Shown here: positions 27,601-39,600 of the stretch, one piece after another
Position numbering within the stretch: position 1 is the stretch's first letter
How the letters are laid out: each line of letters opens with the position of its first letter
NCBI GenBank assembly: GCA_050084515.1
Contig: CM114271.1
Location: 7,812,001 to 7,876,000 of the forward strand
DNA length: 64,000 nucleotides
Direction: 5' to 3'
From: Blasia pusilla
Lineage: Eukaryota
Made by a program: the position numbers and the translations under genes
The notes under the pieces: model-generated
Told to the model about the DNA's origin: nothing
Databases searched by the model: none
The model's input: the letters and a program-made list of their open reading frames with translations, nothing else

Positions 27601-30600
27601 TTTTGAATCTGTTGTGGTCTTATTATTTCCAATACTCTCATAAGCTGTGAATGTTTCTCATCCGGAGGTCTTTTTTTTTCTATTTTCTATCCAAACAGCT
27701 GTACTGCTTGGGGTATGCATATGATTCACATCAGCGTTTACGACGGTTTGCAACAGCAAAAACACGTTTTGTTATTACGACCATTTCAGTTCACCTCAAT
27801 CGCATTGCTGTGAGTGACTGCCGAGATGGAGTTCTATTTTACTCTTACAGAGAGGTAAGTCTAACTGATATCACTTGAAAATATGTGTTTTCCCATCTGT
27901 AGATTTGTTTTATGGTTTGGAGCAGTATCGCATCTCATCTAGAAAGAGGCACGAGGAATTATACGTCAAACTTTACACATAAAGTAGTATCTATCGCAGC
28001 CATTTGACAATAGACCTCATCCGCTTGGTGGAACATGACAGAGTTAGAAGTATCTGTAATTAATGAATGAATAGATTTAATGTCCACAGGGACCTCAGAG
28101 GGCCATGGAACTTAGTTTTACAAGTTGTATAGTTGTAGAAAAGAAAGGAAGAGAAAAGGCATCATCAGCGACAGCAGAAGAGGTCCTGACCCTCCAGGTT
28201 CTCGTCAATTTTTTACTTCAAGAAGAGATTTTGCAGAATGCTGTCAAGGGGGTTGATTCTTCATCAACAGCCCTTACGGCGACAACTTCAACATCTGGTC
28301 CAACACTAGACCAGGTATGAAAAGAAGTTGCTCTTCTCTTGGATAAAAGACTTGGGAAGTCTCATACAGGTCCTCATAAGGGAGGATCTGTTCAAGGAAG
28401 TGACAGGAAGCAGAAGTCTTCCAAGAACCCCAAGCGAAGGCTTACTTGTTTCTATTGTGGCAAGGTGGACCACATGCCCAAGATGGGGCAAGTACTAGCA
28501 ACTCAAATTATGATGAGCGCAGAGCACTTGTCATAGCTCTCTCATGCTGTGGAAAATCAGACAGTACTGGGTATGTGGACACAGGAGCTACAGCTTATAT
28601 GGCGTTTGATAAGACCACGTTCAGAGACTACAAGGAAGTGTCAAATGGACAGTTTGTGTTCAACGGTGATAATAATCACCAGAAAGTTGTTGGTAGAGGA
28701 AATGTGGAGGTGATTCTTCTTGATGGAAGAAGAATCGTGATCGAAGATGTTCTACACGTACCAGGTCTGATGAAGAACCTTTTCTCTGTGTCGAGACACG
28801 ACCTGTCTGGAGGCAGTCTGGCACTTCAAGAAGGTGCGTGCATCATCAGACGTAAGCAAAGTGATATACTTGCGAGGTGCGTGCTGAAGAACAATCTGTA
28901 TATGTTAGGGCATTCTGCCCCTAGCCCCCAATCAGATACGGCACTGACAACGTCTTCCAGTGTAAGTGCCGATACCTGGCACAGGAGGCTTGGCCACATG
29001 AATTTCAAAAGGATACAACTGTTCTGTCCATGTTGCATCACTCTGGACTTACCAAATACTACTGGGGAGAAGCTCTGTTAACTGCTAATTACTTACAGAT
29101 TAGAGCTCCTACCAAATCAGTTCGGGAGGGTAAAACTCCCTACAAACTATGGACAGGCAGGAAGCCTGATCTTAGTCACCTGAGACAATTTGGGTGCACC
29201 GCCTATGCTAGAGTCCACGAGGACCATAGGGGAAAGCTTGACTTCAAGTCACAGGAGTGCATACTCCTTGGATACAGAGAAGAAATCAAAGCATATAGAC
29301 TTGAAAGAAAAGGGGATAAGAGGATTATCCTTCAGAGGGCTGTCACCTTCAATGAGAAGGATGATTCCGTAGCCACTCACGGAATCGCAAGTTCTTCATC
29401 TGATGATGAAAGAATTGACGACTCCCCTCAAGTGGGAGTTATGGATCAAGTAGTCAAACTCCCAATATCACGGGTCCTGTGTCTACAGAGCCAGGATCCA
29501 CTTCTAGTGGGCCAGTGGGAGCTCAAGTTGTAAACACAACCACTCCACTGAAGACTTACCAAATGAAGAAGGGAGAATTCCTAAGCATGACAATCAGGGG
29601 CAAGGCAACCCAACACATGCTCAGGATGCACTTACACCAAACCCAGCATCTGAACCGTGTAGAAGTGGTAGAAGAAGAAAAAAAGCTCTTCAGTACGATG
29701 CTGCAAAAGGGAGACATGTCCCACACTACCAAGCCATTTTTTTTTCTGTTAAGTAATGGCTGTATCAGCAGGAACTCTAAGTTGCAGAGAAGTGTCACTT
29801 TATCGAGCACTGAAGCTGAGTACGCAGCTCTGACAAGGGCCGCATCGAAGCCATTTGGTTACAGAGATTGTTTGGAGACATTTGTTTCAAGCAAGGAGCT
29901 ACTGTAATTTATTGCGATAATCAAAGTGCTTTTGCTTTGATTGATGCACAGAAGTTTCATGATTGGATGAAACATGTGGAGATCCACCATCACCTTGTCC
30001 ACGACAAAGTGAATGAATGAATGAATAGATTTATTGTCCACGGGAACCCCACAGGGCCATGGGACTTAGTTTTGACACTTAACAACAAATTTGGAGAGAG
30101 AGCAAGCACCAGCAAGGGCCTAAGGGGTCCTCAGAGCCAGGTGAGTGTTCCTGGTCTTCACACAAGTATGCAAGAATTTAGCAATCTGAGTCTGATTCTG
30201 CCTAGTCATGAACGGGAGGACCCTGGGAGCTCGGTGAACAAAGAGATCCGGGAAGTCAAGCCTAATGTGTTTGTGAAAGGTGCAGTCGAAGAGGTAGTGA
30301 TGTTCATCATCAACAAGCCCCGAGTTGCAAAATCTACATAATCTGTCCTCTCTTTTCTTCTGTGAGAATTTTCCTTTCTCAATCTCCAGGTCAGTAGAGC
30401 CACATCTGAATCTCGCTAATGTATGACGTAACTTAGTGGGAATGGGGGCAGAGATGTAGGAGGCTTGCTGCATGGATCTGCAGTTGTTCATGAGGGTGTG
30501 GTAGCGCCTCATTCTTTCACCATTTTTGTGAGAGGAATTCCCCCTGCTTTCCCAGAGGCGCTGGTGTCGGCCCCAGTTGATGGCAATGTAATTGTTGTGT

Positions 30601-33600
30601 AATTGTTCAGCAAGGTCCTGGTGGGTGGCCGTAGGCAGGTCACCGATGGATATTCCCCATTTCATGAACCACTCCGTGCAGTCATAGTACCAATTTTTAG
30701 CCCCAAGGGTGGCACTACTTTTGGAAACCACTTAGGCCCTGGCGGATAGACGATTGGGATCGTCCTCGCAGATGTCCTCAAGGTGTTGGAGAAATGTGAT
30801 CAGATTCTTAACAGCATGGATCTCCATTGGTACCTCCCCAAACTCAGCCAATAGAATGTCGTGGGGAGTGGTTTTCCTAATGCCCAGACTCTGACGCATG
30901 AAGAGTTTCTGGGGGGCCTCAAGGCCCTGGGGCCAAGCCTTGGAGCTGGGGCCCCACACTTCAGATGCATAGAGTGTGGCTGGGATCACCAGAGCTTTGA
31001 AGAGATGGAGTTTCTGTGGAATATGCCAGAGTTCCATTCTTCTGCAATTGGATTGTAGCAGGTGTAGACCCCTCAAGCCTGCATTGATCTTGTTACGACT
31101 CCCATTAGCTCTCCATTGGTTGTTGGGTTTGAGTTGCACCCCCAGGTATATGTACTCACCCACAATCTCAATGATCTCCCTTCTCATTCCCTGGCTGAAG
31201 GTGAAAGTGTGTGACCGCTGCGCCGTAGGGAGCTGTGATCCAAAGATGATTATCTTCGTTTTCAGCAAGTTGACTTCCATGCCCGCTTTGTTGCAGAAGC
31301 CTGAAAGTGCATTCAGGTAAAGTTGGAGCCCATGTGCTGTTCTAGACATCAGAACTATATCATCTGCATACAGGAGCAGGGGGATGAGGCAGTGTGCTAG
31401 CTCTGGTGGATCTCCATTCACTCCAGAAAGCACCTCTTCAAGTTCGTCAATGTAGAGCCCAAACAATGTAGGTGAGAGGGGGCATCCTTGTTTGACTCCG
31501 GTGTTGGAAGATAAAATTTCAGATCTGCCCCTCTTAGTGGCAATCTGTGCAAACACCTGAGCATATAAGACCTTGATCGCTGTAAGTTGTTGTGGTGGGA
31601 CACCCAACTCTTCAAGTCGTTTCCAAAGGAGCGCCCTTGGGACTATGTCAAAGGCCTTCTTGAAGTCTACAAAACAGCAGAACAATTTACCGGGCTTGTG
31701 ACCAATTCTCGACTTGGAAGTTTCTTCAATCAGTACTCGGAGTGAGAAGGTGATCCAGGGTGCTATGTTAGTGTCGGAAACCTTCTTGTCCTCTGGCTCG
31801 CACCTTCTTTTCTTCAGCCCAGTCGCTGATTTTCCTTTCCAGCAGTAGCCCATACAACTTGGCCATGAGGGAGCTCACCATGATCGTTCTGTAGTTGGAT
31901 GGTATCATTGGGTCTCCAGCCTTGAAGAGTGGGTAGATCGTATTCATTTGCCATTCTGGTGGGAAGCCCTGTTGAACTGCAGTATTGAACATTCTGGTGA
32001 GGGTTGGGCCAATTGCCTCACTTGCGAATTTGATGTGGAATGATGTTCTGTCTATTCCTGAGTATTCTCCAGAATTTGGCCGATTGGTATTTCATCTGTT
32101 GTGTGAACTCTGTGATCTTGATGGCAATGTATTTGTGTTTCTTCCTACGTACCAATCGTTTGTAAGTTTTCTGCAACAATCGAGTGTGTGGAGAGTGTGG
32201 ATCCTCCCTCAGCCGGTGATTCAGCTCCCTGCGGGCCTCTTTGCAGTCCTTGTCAAACCAGGGTTGGGAGAAGAAGGTAGAAGTGGATCTAATGTGTTTG
32301 CCTCCAGACAGTTGGAAAGGTAGGACTTTTCTGCAACATTGATGTAGGATGCCGCTGAACTCAGTCGTGTTCACTGTGGGTGAGCACTCTGTAAGAGCCT
32401 TGTTGACGAGTGTGATGAGTTCATCTTTCTTTTCCTGAAGGAAAGTGTATCGACATTTGGTCGGCAGGGTTAATTTTTCTGCAGCCTCTGGGATGGTTTT
32501 GGAGACCATGATGTCAAAGTAGAGTGGTTCATGATCAGATTCTAGAACGGGTGTGACCCGCACATTGTGGTAGTTGATGTACTTCCCCAATCAGGTAGTC
32601 AACCAGATGTGGTAGTTGATGTACTTCCCCAATCAGGTAGTCAACCACTGATGTAGAGGTTTCTCTGTTGGAGTCAGAGTGTCCAATGGAAGTGCGACCT
32701 CCTGACTGTGGCCACATAGCCATGCCATTGGCGAGTACCAAACAATGTGTTGAGCAAAGTTGGAGAAGATTCTCTCCATTGGCTGTTTTTTCCTTGTCCA
32801 CTGAGTTGCGCTGCATGTGGGAAGAATACTTCTCTGAGAGACCCATCAGCCGACTGAGTATCAATCCCTTCCACGTTGGTGTTGTTTGACATGTAGATTG
32901 GAGCTTGAGTGTTGGCCGTTCTCCCGTTGAAATCTCCTACTAGGAGGATATTTCCCCTGTGCATGTGGTGCTCAATGGATGTAGAGAGAGCCTCATACGG
33001 GAATTCTCTTTTGAGCACAGTGGGACTGAAGTAGCAAACAGCAATGAGGAGATCTTTTGGTAACCCCACTTCTTTGTTGACCTTGATCCACAAGAAGTGT
33101 TTCTCCTCATCAATGTTGGCTATGGAGACAAAAGGTTGTAACCCTGGTGCTACCAAGCATGCCAGGCCCCCGTGTCCTTTGCTTTTGCTGTTGGTGAGTG
33201 GGTTGTGGGTAGCAAAAACCTGGAAGTCCTCTGTGTTGGGAATGCGGTTGGAATCATGTTCATGTGTTTCAGCAAAAAAGATAAGGTCCAGTTTTGTGCC
33301 CAAATATGTAATGCCATTGCCTCTGGACCAGAATGGTCCTCCACAATTGTGAAAAACTGCCTGAATGGATGGGTCGGTAATATCCTTCCCATCCTCCATT
33401 CCCCATAGGGAGGGAGGGAGAAGTCAAGGTTAAATTCTGCCCTACTGCAAGCATGGTGGCCGATTTCTTCACCAAGGCTTTACCGGGGGCCAAGCACGAA
33501 GATTTGTGTTTGAGACCTGGACTACAAAATTAAGCCAGATTTGAACCGAGTCATTAAGTGGGAGTGGAAGAATGTCAGTGTGAACCTAGACATTATGTAA

Positions 33601-36600
33601 TGATTAGTACAAATCGGATGAAGCATTCATACAGGCCAGTGGAAGGTGATCCCTCAAAGGGGACGTCTCCTGAATCTGTGACTGTTCGGTGAGACTTATG
33701 TGGATGCTCCACTCCTGGATTAGTTTTGAGCTCATACGGATTGAGTTCTGTGACCCCGTTTCATCTGGGGTCGCCAACCAGGAGGTGGGTTCGTTTGGGT
33801 GAGGATTTGTAGTCTTCTGACGGATCATGTTGCAGAATAGGAGGGTGATGTCTACGAACTTGAGATGTCTCGTGGACAAGAGTAAGGTGATACAGGAATA
33901 TTTCCGGTGAGTGTGCATCACAAGAGTTCTTGTAGACCTGCATGATGATGTGTTAAATGAGAAAATGATTGACCAGCAGAAGTATCTCCTTGTACAAAGT
34001 CAGAACTAGCATCAGCTAGACCATCCATGATTTCAGCTTGTACACAATCAGCAAATCAGTTTCTATCTCTATTACCAAATCAGAGCCCTACCATGATGTG
34101 ACTCTTGTTATTATCTAAGAGATACTAAGAAGGATTCTACACAGTCACACCTTGCACTCACACTACAGATCCTCACATGTCACCAGCTCAGAGATCAGAC
34201 ATGGCTCACCTCATTGAGCACAAACAATCTCCATCAGCATACTAGACAAAACAATCTGCCTTCCAGTGAGGCTCTAGCAAGCACAGCAATTAGTCTCAAT
34301 CTCCTCTTCCTACTCTCTGATCACTCTGCAGCAGGACCAAGAACCTCAGGAGTCCTCACCAAAACTGTGCATGCTGTAGAATTGGCTTCTGCTCTCTAAA
34401 CAGAGACATTATATACATGAGGGTGAGCACTTCTGGCCCTTAGATCTTCTTGAACAGATCCATACCCTAAATAACAGATGGTGGCTAGCCCTAACTCGAG
34501 AATTGCCCTAATTCAAGGTTACCCTAAAAAGATAAAGGAACACTAAGTTATCTCTAGCTAACTAAATTAGTATCCAACTAAGTTAGTATTTGACTAACTA
34601 CTTTTAGGGCATGACTAAACTAGATATGAACTTTTAGGGCTGGAAGTTGATATCCTGATGATTCTCCTCAATCTGGACAACTTGCTGCTTTCTTCTGACA
34701 TACACCTTCAGATTTTCTGAACGTAGTTCTCTCCTTGATGGTTCTGGGAGTTGATCCACATCTCTCTCCAGGTTAGCCATTGGAGTTCCTGCATGAAAAG
34801 TAACAGGTTGTGATGGTGACTCACCTACTGCTTCAGAAATTTTCTTCTGATCTCCTTCCCAGGTTTCATCATACTGCACATCTCTACTTGTGATACTCTG
34901 TCCAGTCTTTGGATTACAGAGAGCATATCCCTTCACACCGGTCTCATATCCTACAAATATGAGCTTTTCAGCCTTCATACTCAATTTTGATCTTTGCTCC
35001 TTTAGGATCTGTACATAAGCTGGACAACCAAAGACTCTAAGATGGGAGATATCTGGTTTTTTACCACTCCAACATTCTTCTGGAGTCATCCCATTCAAAG
35101 CACAAGTAGGACTAACGTTCCTCAGAAAGTTTGCAGTCTTGATTGCAGCTCTCCAGAAGCTTTTCTTGAGATTTGCTTGCTGGAGCATGCTCAACCCCTT
35201 CTCTGATAGAGTTTCGTTTAGTGTCTCTGCTACTCCATTCTGAGAGGGACTGTCTCTGGCTGTGATATCAGCCAAAATCACTTTTTGTTGCTGAAAGGAA
35301 AAGACTCCATCTAAGGGAATTTTCTTCACTCGTCTTCCTGTTTATAGCTCCACCATCGCCAGAAAGTTCTTGAACTTATCAAGAACCTCACCTTTATGTC
35401 TCGTCTGATATACAAAGCTTTTTCTGCTGTTATCATCCACAAAAGACACATACCAAGCAGCTCCTCCCAGAGACTTGTGTGTCATGTAACCCCAAACATC
35501 GGTGTGGATGATGTCTAAAAGACCTGTTGCTCTACTCAAAGATTTTTTTTGGGAAATGATGACTTGTGAGATTTACCCTCAGCACATGCTCTACCAAACT
35601 CCAATCTACCATCTCCATTAAGTTTCGATTCTTCCACCATCTTCTGTAGAGATCGAATGTTCTCTGACAAATGAGCAAGTCAAAGGTGCCAAAGTTTGAT
35701 ATTGTTAGAGTTCTCTGCTTTCATTGCATCATCTACCAATTGAAACAACTTTTATACTGCCACACCATGACAGAGCACTCTTTCTCCCTTTGGATGATAC
35801 ATTTGATGTCAAGAAATAGTACAAAAATACCTTAGTCTGTCAGTTGATGGGCAGATACGAAGTTCTTTGTGAACTCTCGTACAAAAAGAACATTATGTAG
35901 AATCCCATCTTGACCATCATGATTCTCAAACTTCAGGGCACCTTTCAAATCCCAATAACAGGACTTTGATTTCCAGGTCCATATCTAACATACTGTGCAC
36001 TTGTCACAGGGTAAAACTCACAAAAAAGCTCTTTGTGGTAGCAAACATGAGCAGTTACTCCAGAATCAAGAAACCAACCTTTACTCTTGAGATTGTCCTT
36101 CTTGTTGGTGATTAATCCCATTCTGAGCAATTTGCATCTGCAACATGCTCAGTGATCATTGGACTCTTTTTGTGAGATATTTTGATGAATTTCTTCTTCA
36201 TCTTGGAGTCCTTGGAACATTGAGATGGATGTCCCTTGTCCCTGCAAGTGTAACAGATTCATGTATCTGTTCTTGTGTCTCTCTTCTCATGAGAAGTCTA
36301 CTTTGCAGGTTTGAACTTGAGTTGGGTTAACAGAGCTGAATCTACCTCATAAGCTTTCTTCCATTCTTAATCCCCTCTAATGACTTGATTTGTCACGTAC
36401 TCCCAAGATAGCTCTGCATCCTTGTTGTGAAGGATTTTGATGAATGTATTGAACCTAGGACTTAATGTGCCTAAGAAATGCAAGATGGAGTTCTTGCTTT
36501 CAAAGTCAAGCTGTAGGACACCTTTCACCTTCAACTGCATAGCTTGAACCTGCACAACATGAGCCTGCATGCTCTGACCTTCTTCAAATTCCATTGTTCT

Positions 36601-39600
36601 GAAAGTTTGCCAGAGTTGTAACCCTTCACATACAGCAACTTTCTCATACTGGTTTTGCAAGATTTGCCAAACCTTCCAAGCTAGTCTCTCTTCCTAAGAG
36701 TTTCAGCTGTAGACCATTCTATATGAAGACAACTCGTGGAGTATGGATCGCTATTCTTTTTTTCAAAGTCTTTGGTCCCATGTGGGTCTGTCACCTCAGA
36801 AGCCACTATATCCCAAAGTCCCCAAAGTCTCTTCTGTTGAAGGAGAAGCTTCATTTGGAAACACCAATGTGTATAGTTTGTACGTTCAAAAGATTCTATG
36901 GTCAGATTAACACCAAGATATCCTGAGACATTGCCTGATGACATGCCCTGTGGGGCCATAAACTTTTAAAATATCAGAGATTCCCTACAACCTGGCTCTC
37001 AGAAGCACACTTAGTGCAGTAACAACCACTCAGGTTAGATTGAAGAGGAAAGTACTAGAAAATCTGTACCACCAGACTACCTAGCATTCAGAAGCACACT
37101 TAGTGCAACAACCACCACTCAGGTTATTAGTAGTAGACGCCTTACATTACAAGACTCACTGAACCCCCATGTCGGCAGACCCTTCAGTCTACAAGCAGAA
37201 GCACTCTTAGTGCTTTAGCACACTGCACTACTAAGGTCAGAAGAACATTCACTCAGGTAAGCAAAGCACATTCAGTGTTGCTTAATCAGATCCTCAAGCT
37301 CAGAGTTGTGCATGAAAAGGTGTGAGAGAGTGTAAATTCGTAGAGCATCCACAAGGGGTTATATACAGCCAAAGGATCAAGTTCTAGGTTTTAGGGTTAG
37401 GTTCTGGCGCCCTTAGTAATTCACAGAAATACTGAGTTAAATTTATGGTAGCAACAAATTTATTTTTACTGTGGTAAAATACAAAGTTACTATAACTTAC
37501 TATTCACTACAGTAAGCTCCAAGTTACTATGTTTTTACGACATTGGTTATTGGGTTGGAGCTGCACACCGAGACACATGTATTCTCCCACAATCTGCAGA
37601 ATTTCCTTTCTCAGTCCCTGCCTAAAGGTGAAGGTGTATAGCCTCTGTCCAGTTGGAAGTTGAGATCCAAAGATGATTTTCTTGGTTTTCAACAGATTAA
37701 CTTCCTTTCGTGATTTGTTGCAGAAGTTTGAGAGTGTATTCAGATAGAGCTGGAGTCCCTATGCTGTTCTAGACATTAGAGCAATGTCATCTGCATACAG
37801 CAGCAGTGGTATCAAGCAACGTGCTAGGTCAGGTGAATTTTCATTCACCTTCTAGAGCACCTCCTCCAGTTCATCAATGTAGAGCCCAAACAATATAGGC
37901 GACAGGGGCAGTCTTGTTTGACTCCAGTGTTGGAAGACAATGCGGCAGATCTACCCCTCTCTGTGGCGATCTTTGCCAACACCTTAGCATATAAGACTTT
38001 GATTGCAGTAAGTTGCCGTGTCAGAACCCCCAACTCTTCAAGATGGTTCTGTAAAAGTGCCCCTTGGTACTTTATCAAATGCCTTCTTGAAGTCAACAAA
38101 ACAGCAAAATAGTTTTCCGGGATTGTGACCAGTTCTGGTCTTGGAGGTTTCTTCAATCAGTACGCTGAGTGTGAGAAGGTGATCTAGGGTGCTATGTGAT
38201 CTCCTGTAACCAGCTTGTTCGTTGGCTTGAACATTAATATCATCTCCCCAGTCTTTAAAATTTTATTTTTTTTAAAAAGCTATTTTTCAGAAACTGCCTC
38301 ACAAAAAAATTGTTCCTGCCTTGAAAGACATGTCAACCGTACTGAGTGTTGAAGAATGAAGATGACATTGATACAAAATGAGAAGCAAACAAATGCTGGC
38401 TTTGATGACACAGCTAATTTGTTTCTCCAAGTTCCAGTAAGTCACAGTAGCTTACAGATACATGGAAGCCTCACAGATGTCAAATAGTTAAGGAAACTTT
38501 GTACTTACAAAACAATGAGAGAGATGTGATTGATGTACTGCTCATAGACTTCCTCCTTACAGGAAGAAGAGACTCTCTGCACTATTGATGCCTCTTCATC
38601 TCCTCCAGCAGTAGGTCCTCCAAAACATGAACTCCTTCATTCACAATAGGTCAGCCACCCTAGCTGAGAGGCAGCAGTCATGAAGTTCGCAGGTCCAGCA
38701 GCTGGGGAAAGTAGGGAAGAGATTAAGAGTGCTTTGGTAAGCCTCTTGCTCTTAAAGGACAGCCCCTGGCTATCTTGAGCCCTAAAAGTCTCAAGTTCTA
38801 GAGAAATTTGTTATCTTTGTCAACATGAAAGAGAGGCAAGTTGAACGAAGAGTGAAGAGACTTAGGTCTGATGGAGGAGGAGAATATGCAAGTAAAGACT
38901 TTCAAGCATATCTCTCAGCCAAGGGGATATTAAAAGATGTTACGGCACGTGACAGCCCCCACCAAAATGGAGTAGCTGAAAGGTTGAATAGAACCTTGCA
39001 AGAGAAAGCCTTGAGCATGTTGCAACATGCCAAGCTTGGTCAAGAATTCTGGGGAGCAGCTATCATGACAGCGAATTATCTGAGGAACATCAGTCCCACA
39101 GCGGCCTTGAAGAATGTAACTCCAGAGGAGTGCTGGTCTGGTAAGAAACCTGACATTTCTAGATTGAAAGTGTTTGGTTGTGTTGGCTATGCCCTCACCC
39201 CTGATACACAAAGGAGGAAACTAGATGCAAAGGCTGACAAGTACATATTTGTTGGGTATGAAGAAGGGCTGAAAGGATACATGTTGTATAATCCTAGAAC
39301 CTGCAAGGCAATTCGAAGCAATGATGTGACTTTTGATGAGAAGAGTTTTTGGAAAGACTCTGAGCACAAAGAGTCAATGGTCACCAGAGTGATGCCAGTA
39401 ATCACTTCTGTTGTCACTCCTGTAAACATCCCTGTAGTGTCGAACTCACATCAAGATGCTGATAAGGAGGAAGTATCAAAGGATACACTTGCAGAATGTA
39501 GTGGAGGATTAGATACTTGCACCCAAGGTGTAAGAGAGGAAGATCATGTTGAAAATGATCAGCCTATGAAGGTGTACCAAAGGAGAAGTGCAGCCAAGCA

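Noticed and set aside
37001-37290. CRISPR-like spaced repeats
   Set aside because: Three imperfect repeats with irregular spacing inside a putative LTR in eukaryotic DNA, and no cas genes.
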